DNA of 64,000 nt, from positions 44,516,001-44,580,000 of the forward strand of contig OX597824.1 in the NCBI GenBank assembly GCA_951406725.2, written 5' to 3'. This document shows, one piece after another, positions 51,682 through 64,000 of this stretch. This DNA comes from Octopus vulgaris. Lineage: Eukaryota. The notes below the pieces were generated by a model that was not told the origin of the DNA, ran no database searches, and saw nothing but the letters and a program-made list of their open reading frames with translations. Numbering within the stretch: the stretch's first letter is position 1; each line of letters starts with the position of its first letter. The position numbers and the translations under genes are program-made.

Positions 51682-53018
51682 TATTCAATACACAGACATA
51701 CCTGCAACCAGTAGTGGGGCCTTGCTTCAGGAAGACCAATGTTTTGAGGAGTGTGGGACCACCTCATAGCCACTATTATTCTCAGGTCTATTCTGACCCA
51801 GTGTAGTAGCACTTGTGAAAGTCGTATTGATAGGTTATTTAGCATGTTATGGAAGAAAGTCCAAGCACAAACCCTCACAGCCTTGTGAGTGCCTTGGGAA
51901 AGGAAAATACTTGGATAGTCAACTTCCATTGTAAAGCAAGGAATGGGGTCCCTCAGGTGGCGCAGTGCCCCTTTTGACATCCTTTTGGCAACTCCAGGGT
52001 AGATGGAGCTCTCCATCCCTGTAAGTCAATTCACCTAGAAGGCCACTCCAATGTAAAACCTAATGCTTTCTGGTTGTTGCAGGTATCTTAGCCTGCTGAG
52101 CCACTGTGGTCAGATCTCCAAGTCTAAAGAGCAGGATCAGATTACACGAACTGACTCTTACTTTAAAACTATTAAGTACTATCAGGAAGAAAGTCCTGCA
52201 GCATCTTCGATCAGGTTACATAACCACCTGAGGGTGTGTCGTTCTTCCTCGTGACCTTTGGAGACAAAGAGGCTGCCGTCATTACCATGATGTGTGTGTG
52301 TGTATGTTATTAAAGATGAAAGAGAATGGTAGGGAAGGTAGAATTACAATATCCGAAAAATAATGAAGCTGCAACTAGTTTGTTAAAAATACAATGTGTG
52401 GGAGAAGATAATGGATATGCTAAAATGCATTAGATATGCAATGAAAAGTATGTAAATTTGGAGAGTGAAGAGATTTAATATAAATGGATGTAAAAATATT
52501 ATTCTAATGGATTATAAATAACAGAGTATTTATATTTGTAAATATAAGATTTCGTTTGTAAAAAATACAGTTAAATATCAATGAAAAGATGCATTACTGC
52601 TAAAATGAGATTTCAATAGTTTAAATATTGTGACTGTAAAATCGTTTATATGTTATAGTAATTTAGAACAGTTTTTATAAAATTTATTACTGGTAGGGTA
52701 AAAAAAAAAGAAGAAAAACATTGCTAAGAAAATAAAGACAAAGTTTCTTATCCTGATATAAAAAGTGAATGACAGAATTTGTGTATAACAGGGGCAGTAA
52801 CTCAGTGTTTTGCTTGGAGAAATGATATTTCAATTAACAGCTAAGACATTTTAGGATGCCATAAAATTCTAAAATAATTCATGGTAAATTTTTTCACAAT
52901 AACTTTGTTGTTGGAGTTTAATACATCCATTTCAAATATAATATATTCCCATATAAAAAAAAATAACTGAAATGAAACAAATCAAATAAAGAAGAATGTT
53001 AAATAGATTTAAGGTTGC

Positions 53019-53068
<50 letters not shown>

Positions 53069-53247
53069 AAAGCAAATGAAAAATAAAAACACAAACAAAA
53101 GTCAAAAGGGCATACATAATGTATGTCTTAGGTTGACACTCAGTTTAAAATAGAAAAAAGACGAGGCTGTGATGTTTCAAGCAGGACTGAACATAAAATG
53201 ATTTAGAAGAAAGGTAATTTGTTTAGTAGAATGCATGTATGTATATA

Positions 53248-55480
53248 TCATCATCATCATCATCATCGTCATCGTTTAACGTCTGCTTTCCATGCTGGCA
53301 TGGGATGGATGGTTTGACTGAGGGCTGGCAAGCCAGAAGGCTGCACCAGGCTCCAATCTGATCTGGCAAAGTTTCTACAGCTAGATGCCCTTCCTAATGC
53401 CAACGACTCTGAGAATGTAGTGGGTGCTTTTTACGTACCACCAGCACGAGACCAGTCAGCAGGCACTGGTATCAACCATGCTCAAATGCTGCTTTTTTAC
53501 ATGCTACTGGAATGGGAGCCAGTCAGGAGGCACTGGCAATGATCACACTCGAATGGTGCTTTTTACATGCCACCGGCACAGGACCAGTCAAGTGGCACTG
53601 GCAACAATCACATTCGAATGGTGCTTTTTATGTGCCACTAGTACTGTCATCGGCCACGACAATGACTTCACTTGACTCAACAGGTCTTCGCAAATGCAGT
53701 TTATTGCCCAATGATTGAAGTGTACTCTTAAATGGGCCATTTATGCTGCACTAGCATAGGCCACAGTTATGGTCTTACTTGGCTCGCCAGGTCTTCTTAA
53801 GCACAGCATATCTCCAAAGGTCTCGGACACTTGTCATCGCCTCTGTGAGGCCCAACATTCGCAGGTCATGCTTCACCACTTCATCCCAGGCCTTCCTGGA
53901 TCTACCTCTTCCACAGGTTCCCTCTACTGCTGTCCTCATCCATATGCAACACATGATCATACCAGTGCAGTCGTCTCTGTTGCACACCACATCTCAGGTT
54001 TCTTATTGTCTACTTTTCTCTCAGGGTACTTACACTTTGTCACCAGCCGAGGTAGGAGCTCTCTGAACTTTGCCCAGGTTATTCTTATCCTAGCAGCTAT
54101 ACTCTCAGAGCATCCACCCCCACTACTGACTTGGTCACCTAGGTAATGGAAGATATCAACTACTACTAGCTTTTCCCCCTGGCATGTGACGGAACCTGTT
54201 TTTTGCACATTTTCAGTGTTTATTGCCCCTGAGCATTTGCCACACAAACAAAAACTATCTTCCCAGTTAGCCTTCCTTTGATATTGCTGCACCTCTTATG
54301 TGTCCATCTGGGTACATCTTATGGAGTTTCTACCTACACCTTTTCTACAGAGTGAGCAGGACCATCTACCAGGTGGGATTTGTGATTTTTCTGCCTTCTT
54401 ACTTTCCAAGACTTTGGTTTTTGCTAGATTGACTCTAAGGCCCTTTGATTCTAGACCTTGCTTCCATACCCGAAACTTATCCTCTAGTACTGATTGTGAC
54501 TCAGCTATTAGAGCAAGGTCATCAGCATAGAGAAGCTCCCAGGGGCATCTTGTCTTGAATTCCTTTGTTATTGCCTGGAGGACTATGATGAATAAGACGG
54601 GGTTGAGGACTGATCCTTGGTGAACCCCTACACCTACCCAGAATTCTTCACTGTACTCATTGCCAGCCCCCACCATACTGACAGCATCCCTGTTTCTACT
54701 ATGGTGCTGTTACATCAGTCATTGGGTATGACTCCTTCATGTATCACCTGATTGACTATACGGGTGACTAGGCTATAAGTCCACATAAGGGATCGGGGGA
54801 CCCTGTCAAAGGCTTTCTCCATGTCAACGAAAGCCAGGTACAGAGGTTTATCTTTGGTTAGGTATTTCTCCTGCAGCTGTCTTACCAGAAATATAGCATC
54901 AGTGGTGCTTTTCCCTGACACAAACCAAAACTGCATCTCATCTAAACTGACTCTATCCCTAATTAGTTGGGCTATGACCCTCTCTGTGACTTTCATTATC
55001 TGATCCATCTGTAATTATTCTTATCTAATGCATCCCCATTACCTTTGTAGCAATTGACTATGGTGCTGCTACATCAGTCATTGGGTATGACTCCTTCATG
55101 TATCATCTGATTGACTATACGGGTGACTAGGCTATAGCCAACACTACCAGATATTTTAAGCATCTCTGCGGTGATTCCTGATGGGTACTGTCAATTCGGA
55201 TAGCTGGTCCCTCTGTTGGATCAACATTCAGCAGACTTTCTTTCTTCCATTCATTCTCTTCATTTCACAACATTTCACAGTGGCGTCTCCAAGTCTTTCT
55301 CTTTGCAGCCTCATTAAATGCAAGTGAGCCAGCATCCATGTGGACACATTTCTCTCCTATGACATCACAATTCTCTCTCTCACACTGTCTTGCAACACGA
55401 AACACTTCAAGTCTTTGGTTCTCATGACGCAGAACATTGGCGAATTTTTTCTTATCTGCTTTCCCTCTGGCTAAGTAAAC
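53248..55480 (-). mobile_element. RTE-clade LINE, 5'-truncated (RT domain, C-terminus, 3' UTR); source of family C repeats
   Basis: STTDAIFLVRQLQEKY..KDKPLYLAFVDMEKAFDRVPR, VGVHQGSVLNPVLFIIV, PWELLYADDLAL, GRGRSRKAWDEVV...AVLKKTWRAK*, continuous with the family C UTR and (GAT)n tail. Confidence 0.95.
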
Positions 55481-55499
55481 CTAAGTCTCCTAGCTTCCC

Positions 55500-57970
55500 T
55501 TCTGAGTAGATCAGAAGAAATTCTATAAAGAAATAAATGGAGAGTATACAGATGAAAGTTGATACCAGATAACATTGAAAGTCAAAGGTTTGGGAGTGAC
55601 ATCTGGAGCAAAGACAAGGAACACAAGAAGGATGCTGAATGGTTGCAAGAACTAAACAAACAGTAGTCTGTCCAAAACAGGCAGAACTAGTCATTTCAGT
55701 TAGGGAAGTGAAAGAAATCAGCAAAAAATTGAGCAATTGGAAGGTCCTGGCACCAGATGGAGTTAAAGGCTACTGGATCAAAAGATTTAGTGAATGTCAT
55801 GCACAAATAGTTGTGCAACTCAACACCTTGTTAAATGCCGACCAAGTAACACCAGAGTGGTTGACATTGAGTAGGACAGTGCTGTGCCTGAAAAACATAG
55901 AAAAAGGCAATACAGTAGACAATTACAGGCCGATATCTTGTTTGCCACTTATGTGGAAGTTACTGGCTGGAATACTCACAGAGTAAATGTACGAACATCT
56001 GGAAAAAATAGATTTCTGCCACATGAGCAAAAGGGTTGCAAGTGTAAATGCAGAGGTACTGAGGATCAACTCCTGATAGATAAAACTGTACTTAGAGACT
56101 GCAAGAGGAGGAAAAGTAACTTAGCCATGTCATGGATCGACTATCATAAGACGTACAATATGATCCCACAGTCTTGGATTATGGAGTGTATGAACCTATT
56201 TAGTATTGCATCAAATGTTGAGCGAATGCTTGAAAAAAGTATGGTGAATTGGAGGACAGACCTGATAGCATACAGAAGTTTAAGGACAGTAGAAATTAGG
56301 AGTGGCATCTTCCAAGGCGACTGCCTGTCCCCATTGATCTTTGTACTGTGCTTGATACCACTAACACTGATTCTGAGGAAAGCAAAAGCTGGGTATGTAT
56401 TCAAAAGCTGCCAGCAAAAAGCCAACCATTTGTTTTCATAGATGACCTCAAACTTTAAGGTAAAATGAAGCCCAAGTCAGTTCCCTCGTTGATACGGTGT
56501 ATACCTTCAGTGCTGATATCAGAATGGAGCTCGGACTGAGAAAGTGTGGTGTGTTAGTTTTGAAGAGAGGCAAAATCAAATGTATGGACAGGTTAATGAT
56601 ACTGTCGGGGGAGGTTATGAAGTAGATAGAAGAGACAGGCTATAAGTACTTAGGGATTTTGGAAATGGAGAAAGAAATGACAGAAAATTTTTTGGTGGAG
56701 TATTTGCACAGACTGAGACTGATCCTTAAGTCAAAATTAAATGGATGCAATAAGATCAAAGCTATCAACATCTGGGCTGTTTCACTCCTTAGATATGGAG
56801 CAGGGGTAATCGCATGGATAGTAGATGAACTAAACAGCTTAGACAGAAAGACAAGGAAGTTGCAAACTAGATATGGGTCACTCCACCCCAAAAATTGATA
56901 CAGACTGACTGTATGTACCAAGAAAAAGAGGGGGAAGAGGACTTATTGGATGCAAACACAGCATTAGAGCAGAAGAAAACAACATAGCATGGTATGTAAA
57001 AAATGCCACAAAACTGCTATTATTAGAAGTAAGAAGGTCAGGCTTGTGTAGGATGAAAGATTGCAAAGATAAAGCACTATACAAGAAATTGAAAACAAAT
57101 GAATCTGAAAATGGGTGGGTAAAGAAAAGAATGCATGGTCAATTTCATAGGGGTGTTGAAGATAAGACAGACAGAGAAAAAGATGGCTGTGGATGACTAA
57201 AAGTGATTTAAAACTGGAAATGGAGGCTCTAATCTGTGCTGCCCAAGAGCAAGCACTAAGAACAAACTACATAAAATACAGAATAGACAACACAGCAGAA
57301 AGTGATAAGAGCAGAATCTGTAGACAAAACGGTGAAACCATATGGCATATTACCAGCCAATGTATGCCACTAGCCCAGAAGGAATATAAGAGATGTCACA
57401 ACAATATAGCCAGGCTTGTCCATTGGGCACTCTGCAACAAGTATGGACTTAACAGAGCAAAAAATTGGTACGACCACAAACCTGAAGGCATCATCGAAAA
57501 TAGAAATGCAAAGATCCTATGGGATTTTATGATTCAGTGCAACTATGAGATAGAGAATGGGAAGCCAGACATAGTCTTGAAAAAGAAAACAAACTATGCT
57601 GGATCATAGATATAGCATGCCCAGCTGACAACAAGGTATGTGATAAGGAAGAAAGAAAAGTTGAGAGATATGACAAGTTAGCTTGGGAAGTTAAGCAGTT
57701 GAGGTCAATGAAAAAGGTAGTGATAGTACCAATAATTGTCAGAGCCCTGGGAACAATGGGAAAAAATCTTGAGAAGTACGTGGAACAAATAGAGGCTACA
57801 ATAAGGGTGGAGCACTTGCAGAAAACAGCACTGCTTGGAACTGCTCGAATACTCCACAAGGTGCTTGTAAAATAAGAGGTGTTACCATAGTTCACTGGTA
57901 GCGAACAGCTGACACTGTAGTACATCTCCAGCATTAGAAGCTGTGCAAAGGCAATAATAATAATATTAAT
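55500..57970 (+). mobile_element. R4/Dong-type non-LTR retrotransposon (RT plus restriction-like endonuclease), 5'-truncated
   Basis: [44 protein letters not shown], zinc knuckle C..NGETIWHITSQC, ILWDF...KPDIV. Ends in an (AAT)n tail at about 57953-57972. Confidence 0.92.
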
Positions 57971-57984
57971 AATCCTTACCTCTC

Positions 57985-58360
57985 CCCCAAATTTTAGCCA
58001 TAAGGCCTGAAATTTATGGGAGGGATAAGTCAATTACATTGACCCCAGTGTATAAGTGGTACTTATTTAATTGACCCCAAAAGAATGAAAGGTAAAATCG
58101 ACCTCGGCAGAAGATAATAATAATAAAAATGGTTTAAAATTTTGGCACAAGGCCTGAAATTTCGGATTTTAGGGGAGGGGGATAGTTGATTACATTGAAC
58201 CCAGTGCTCAAGCGGTTCTTATTTTGTCGGCTCTGAAAGAATGAAAGACAAAGTCAATTTTGGTGGCATTTGAACTCAAAATGTAAAGAACTAGAAGAAA
58301 TGCCACTAAGTATTTTGTTTTGTGTGATAACGATTCTGCCAGCTCCAGCTCACTGCCTTA
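57985..58360 (-). mobile_element. Two adjacent SINE family A copies
   Basis: aaggcctgaaattt ... cccagtg ... gaatgaaag..aaa.tc occurs twice. Confidence 0.82.
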
Positions 58361-59144
58361 ATACTGATGATGATGACAACGACGATAAATTTATTGTGTA
58401 CAGTATTCAGGTGCATTGCAACAGATTGGGGGGGGGGGGGAAGAAGGGACAGTGAGCAGTGGTAAGTCAAGTAAAGAAAAATGGCAATGATAGCCAAAAG
58501 AATGTGCACAATGCACAGAATAAAACACAAGATGACAGAAAAGTGAACAATAAAAGAACTATAAAGAGGAAAAGGGTGCATAGGTATGGCAGGTGTAGTG
58601 TTGGCAAATTTTGGGAAACGTAATTTTTGAAGGATGCAGTGTCCTATCAGCTAACAACTGACATGGATAGTATATTCTGTGCTTGGACAATTCTGAGCAT
58701 GAAAAATGTTCCCAAAAGATTTTGAAAAGGTAACTATATCACTAAAAGGCTCCCTCTGGTTAAAAAATTGAAAAACTAGAGATAATTTCAGGACAATGAA
58801 TTAGGAAAAATGTTTACGGGATTACATTCATAATATAAATTATTATAAAATATATGTATATTTCACCTTAGATAATTATTGGGAATGCAAATTGGTAGCA
58901 TGTTATATTTGTTAGTGCATTAGAAATGGCTGTGGATTTGTGGTAAGAAGTTTGCTTCCTAACCATGGTTCTAGGTTCAGTTCCACTGTGTAGCACCTTG
59001 AGCAAGTGTCTTCTACTATAGTCCAGAACTGACCAAAGCCTTGTGAGTGGATTAGGTAGACAGAAACTGAAAAAAGCCTGTTATGTATACATGTATATAT
59101 AATAATTATAAATATTATATAATATATATATATATTTTTGACAA

Positions 59145-59305
59145 TAGTGGCTGTGTGGTAAGTAGCTTGCATACCAACCACATGGTTTCGGGTTCAGTCC
59201 CATTGCATGGCACCTTGGGTAAGTGTCTTCTACTATAGCCTCAGGCTGACCAAAGCCTTGTGAGTGGATTTGGTAGACAGAAACTGAAAGAAGTCCGTTG
59301 TACAC

Positions 59306-59339
<34 letters not shown>

Positions 59340-60725
59340 ATATATATATATGTATGTATGTGTGTGTGTATATTGTTACGGAGGCAAGAAAAAGTAAAAG
59401 AACAGAAAACATTATGCCCCTTGTTCCATTAGTTGGAATTGAACCGGCGCTCCAGTTGTTCAGGACAATGGTATTTCCTTTGTCCTGTCAAAGACCACGA
59501 TTATTAATTATCCTAGGTATAGATCTATGGTCCCCACACGGTCACGGAAAGTTTTAAAAAATAAAGATGCTACCCGTTATAAATACGGCTAGCATTAAGT
59601 TAGTTGGTCAGTCGGCGAGAGTCAGTCAGTGAAAGAAAGACAGACGGTCAGTGTGAGCGGAGCGGACAAGGGAGTGAGTTAGAGATGGTGGAGTCAGCGA
59701 GAGGCAGCCAACAAAGATGACAGCCAGGATCTAGAGAGAGACAGACAGTGAGTGTGAAAGATGACAGGACGCGAGGAAGTAAGGAAGATGACAATGAAGG
59801 GGGCAAAGAGAGACATAAAGAAGTCGGACTGTTATAGTGGGAGTTTTGTGATGCCCAGGGAGTGTTGCAGGCTGGAACATGCGGTAATGTGTTTATTTGT
59901 GTTTTGAATATCGATGTTTAAATGTTTGAAAAAGAAAGAGAAAGAAAAGAGGGAGAAAAAAAGCCTGTTGTGGGCTGTTTTCAAAAGAAAAGAAAAGGAA
60001 GAAAAAAAGAGAACTTGGAAATGTTTTAAAAAGTAGAAGGAGCCTTTATTTTGAGAACTGTCGTGTTAAAAAAGAGGAAATTGGAGCTCTAAGAGACTGT
60101 TGATTTTGAACTTTGTGTTAAATGTAAGCAAAATGATTTGTCTTGAAAAAAACGACCGAACAGTATTGTGTCAAATGTTAAATGATTTGTGTTTTTTGAA
60201 CTCTGTATTATGTTTAAATGCATTTGATTTGGTTTTTTGAACTCTGTATTATGTTTAAATTCAAATGATTGTTCTTCGAACTCTGTACATGATTTGTCAA
60301 CCTTTGTTTTGGAATGCTTTGATTTTGTTTTGAAAAAAATTGCTAAATTATGCAACTTCCGCTGTGTCTCTTTCTTTTGTTGTCGTTGTGTTGGTTCCTG
60401 GCTGCGTTCGCCGCCTTCCCCCCTTTCCATGGTGGATTTCCGGTTTGCTGAGCATCGTCGTCGCGACTTGGGGCCCGTGGTGCAATCAGAAGGCCTAGGG
60501 TCCTGAGTGGCGGCGTAACAATATGTTTGTGTGTCTATATTTGTCCTCCCACCATCACTTGACAACTGGTGGTGGTGTGTTTACGTCCCCATAATTTAGC
60601 TGTTCAGCTAAAGAGACTGATAGAATAAGTACTAGGCTTACAAAGAATAAGTCCTGGGGTCAATTTGTTTGACTAAAGGCAGTGCTCCAGCATGGCTGCA
60701 GTCAAATGACTGAAACAAATAAAAG
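59145..60725 (+). mobile_element. SINE family B split by a solo LTR inserted in its internal microsatellite
   Basis: Head at 59145-59300; tail resumes at 60521-60725. Another head at about 58925-59080 and another tail at about 60740-60930. Confidence 0.88.
59374..60520. mobile_element. Solo LTR (1147 bp), probably Gypsy-type
   Basis: Termini tgttacg...cgtaaca (7-bp inverted, TG..CA) with 4-bp TSD atat (59370-59373 and 60521-60524). No coding remnants recognised. Confidence 0.85.
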
Positions 60726-61281
60726 AATATATATATAAATATATCCTACCATTGCTTGGCAACCAATGTTTGTTTATGTTCTCATACCTTGGTAGTTCAT
60801 TAAAAGAGAGACCAATAGAATAAGTACAAAGACAAAAAAAAATAATAATTAGTACCAGGGTCAATTTGCTCAACTAAACTTTCAAGGTGGTGCTCAACAT
60901 GGCTGCAGTTGAATAACTGAAACAAGGAAGAACAAAAAGGTTAAGTTCTACTAAAATGAACTTTAGAATTTTTTAAGATAGCCAAATATTAATTGAATCC
61001 ATGTTCTGAATTTATGACATACTACAGTACATTTTTTTTTGTTTCGAGATAGGACATGGCTATCAATAGTTTTTAAAGAGCAGTTACTATTGATGAAAAT
61101 TAACTTTAGCAGCAATATGTTTTCTGTCTGGTAAAAATGAAAATTAGAACATATTAAAGGTTAGTTAGTGTGTACTTCAATTATTTGATTTTGACTTTGA
61201 ACCTTGAACTAATTCACTTACATACATAAATCAATTATTTTTAAAGCAACCTTAAATCTATTTAACAATTTTCTTTATTAT

Positions 61282-61600
61282 AGGTGCAGTCATGGTTGTG
61301 TGGTTAAGAAGCTTGTTTTGCAACCATGTAGTTTCAGGCTCAGTCTCTATGTGTAGCATCTTGGGCATGTGCCAACCAATACGTTTTGAGTGAAATTGGT
61401 ATATAGAAACAGTGTGGAAGCTCATTGTGTGTGTGTGCCTTTATGTTTGCGTTTATCCCCCACACTAGCTTGACAACTGGTATTGGTTTGTTTACATTAA
61501 CATAACCTAGTAGTTCAGCAAAAGAGCCAGATAGAATAAGTACCAGAATTTTTTTTAAATGAAAAGAATAAGTACTGGGGTCAATTTATTCAACTTCAAG
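61282..61600 (+). mobile_element. SINE family B (diverged)
   Basis: ggtgcagtcatggttgtgtggttaag ... cttgggcatgtg ... gatagaataagtaccag ... gtactggggtcaattt. Confidence 0.82.
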
Positions 61601-61699
61601 TAAAAGATAAAAAATTAAATCCATTTCAATTATTCCCATACATAAAATATCTGAAATGAATGTATTAAACTTAAAGAATGGTCAGGTTATGAAAACAAT

Positions 61700-62860
61700 T
61701 ATGATAATTGTATAATTGATTTCTTCTTCTGAAAACCCTAACTTTTCTAGATAGTATAAACAAAAATTTATAATCTAGATATAGAAACTGAAAGTTTCAA
61801 AGTAGCTTCTCTTCCATTTTTTTTTCCAAGATATTAACATCAGCAGGGCAGCTGTTCTATATGACAGTACATACCTTTTCTTGTCTTTCCCAAACAACTA
61901 TACCTGGCCTGTTATGTTTGCACTTGGTAGAAGTTTTGATGGGAATGTTCCACCAATATTTCTCATGTTGATGTGTATATATGCATTCAATAACAGGAAG
62001 ATTCTCAATATTTATCCCACCACATTATTTTCAGATGGTATTGCATATTGTTTTAGAGACATCACGTCACACAATGGGGTAGTACTTTGATGACATTTTT
62101 GGGTAGCTACTGATCATGTGATGTCTTCCACAGAAACGTAGCATAATTGATATTATCAGTTGTATCTTGAAGCTCCAAGGGTTTTAGTGTCTCTTTTGTT
62201 CATTAGATAATTTGTTGCAATCTCCTGCTCTTGGATTGCAAATACAGAGCTTTTGAAGTGTAGTATGATACAGTAGTTGCAAGTCCAAGAAAGATTGTAT
62301 TTCACATCAATATTAGTGTCATTTTCAAGTCTTCAAGAAACATATCCATGTATAGTCTTTCTTAGGTATTTCAAATCTTAGTCTTTTTTGAGGTATGTTA
62401 GTTCAACTGTTTTAAGGTAGTGTGGGAGGTTTCAGGAAGACAGTTCTTTCTAAGAAGCTTACAGTTGATTCATAGGATGTTGCTCTTTTTGCCTTTTATT
62501 GGGTTTATATATTTATTTTCACTGCTGTTGTTTAGCAGGTGATATCTGAGAGATATTACAAAATATTTAAAGTCTGTCTGCACTGATCTCAAGCCTCTAC
62601 CTCCCTCATCTCTTCTTAGGTAGAGCCTGTCAATATCAGTTTTTGTGGAAGCTTCCAGTTGATATCAGGATCATGCAGGTTTTAATGCCTATAGAGTGGA
62701 TTTCATTTACAGACCAGTCAAGTATCTCAAATGTTGGCATCAACACTGGTACTGCAAATGCATTGTGGGATACAGTCTTGTAAGAAGGGAGTGCTGACTG
62801 CTATATTCTTCTAAGTCTGGTATAATATTCTTGGGTCACTATATTTATTCACAGCACCAT
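61700..62860 (-). mobile_element. Second R4/Dong-type LINE fragment
   Basis: Minus strand: NAFAVPVL, DIDRLYLRRDEGGRGLRSV, AIQEQEIATNY, WWNIPIKTSTKCKHNRPGIVVW...SCPADVNI (REL endonuclease). Confidence 0.85.
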
Positions 62861-62879
62861 TTATATATATATGTTTTCA

Positions 62880-63980
62880 TCAGGACCTGCCATTGATGCA
62901 AAGATTGTGAGTTTGGAGCCACCTCTATGAAAACACAAATAGTGAGCAGTGTTCCACAGGGCACTATATTGTGACCACTGCTTTTTATAGTGGCCCACTC
63001 CGATATGCCCGCAAGTACCCAGATAGTCACCCTAGCAAGCTATGCAGAAGATACAAAAGTTTCGCAGAAAATACAGAACCCCAGCAAAGTTGCACATCTG
63101 CAGCAGGAGTTGGACTCAATTTACAGATGGGCTGATGATAATAATATGCAGTTTAATGCTGAAAAATTCCAAGCCCTGTGCTACCAGCATCCAAAACTGA
63201 ATATGAAACTTACAGGGCACACGGTTCCACAGGGAATTTCAATCCCAGAGCCTAAATCAGTGAGGGACCTGGGTATTGACATGTGCACATTACAAGGATG
63301 GCGACAAAGTGCAGACGACTGGCTGGCTGGATCCTGAGAACCAGAGATAAGGAAACCATGATGGTCCTCTGGAGGACATTCGTCCTCAGCCACCTGGATT
63401 ACTGTTCACAGCTATGATCACCCACAAGTGTGAAATTAACAGTGGATCTTGAAGCAATCCAGAGAAGATTCACAAAGAACATCGTCTCTTTGCACCTGTT
63501 CAGCTACTGGGAAAGGCTGAAATAGCTAAGACTCTACTCCCTGGAGAGAAGGCAGGAGAGGTATGCAGTAATATACATCTGAAAGATCCTGGAAGGAATT
63601 GTGCCAAATTTTGGCATTGAAAGCAACACCAATGCCGAACGGAACAATACTGCATAGTGCCAAAGATATCAGCAATGCAATCGCGCTTCAGGACCAGTTA
63701 CTGCAACAGCTTGGGTTTCAGGGGCCCACAGCTTTTTAATATTTTCCCAAAGAGCCTGAGGAACCTGCACAAAGTAGATGTAGGCGTTTTTAAATCAAAA
63801 CTGGACCTCTTCCTGTCAAGAGTCCCAGATGAACCTACCTTACGGCAAGAGGTGCAAATGAGGGAAGCTACATAAAACTCCATTCTTCACGAAGTGCCAC
63901 ATATTAATAACATTGTAGCAAAACGGCGGTGCATCAGCATGGCCGCAGCTATGAGCTGAAACTACAGCAAAAAAAAAAAA
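62880..63980 (+). mobile_element. CR1/L2/Jockey-group LINE 3' portion
   Basis: SVPQGTIL.PLLF, YAEDTK, WADDNNMQFNAEKF, VRDLGI, HLDYCS, LYSLERR, FKSKLDLFL, then a short 3' UTR and poly(A). Confidence 0.9.
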
Positions 63981-64000
63981 TATATATATACTTTATATAT

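Noticed and set aside
60089-60565. 158-aa ORF
   Set aside because: Spans the LTR-SINE junction, has no recognisable domain and includes tandem-repeat sequence.

Overview
AT-rich, repeat-dense animal genomic DNA. The SINE repertoire and the very long (TA)n tracts suggest a coleoid cephalopod such as Octopus (inference). There is no intact long protein-coding ORF, rRNA, bona fide tRNA gene or CRISPR array, and most ORFs in the supplied track are translated microsatellites or transposon debris. The window contains: degenerate mariner/Tc1/pogo DNA transposons; a Gypsy pol relic and a clean 1.15-kb solo LTR; RTE, R4/Dong-type, CR1/L2-type and L1/Tx1-type LINE fragments; three Penelope-like (GIY-YIG) fragments; Helitron-type non-autonomous elements; and at least four SINE-like families. 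The most notable observations are: (i) hammerhead-ribozyme motifs in inverted Penelope-type repeats, one behind a tRNA-like Pol III cassette, plus ORF-less fold-back elements of similar design; (ii) a variable-copy array of pseudoknot/hairpin modules in the RTE 3' UTR; (iii) a SINE 3' tail shared with a CR1/L2-type LINE in the same window; (iv) a tentative chain of small phase-compatible exons on the minus strand (about 41.1 kb to 10.7 kb) that may be the 3' part of an unidentified host gene. All alignments and folds were done by eye, so boundaries of degenerate elements are approximate.
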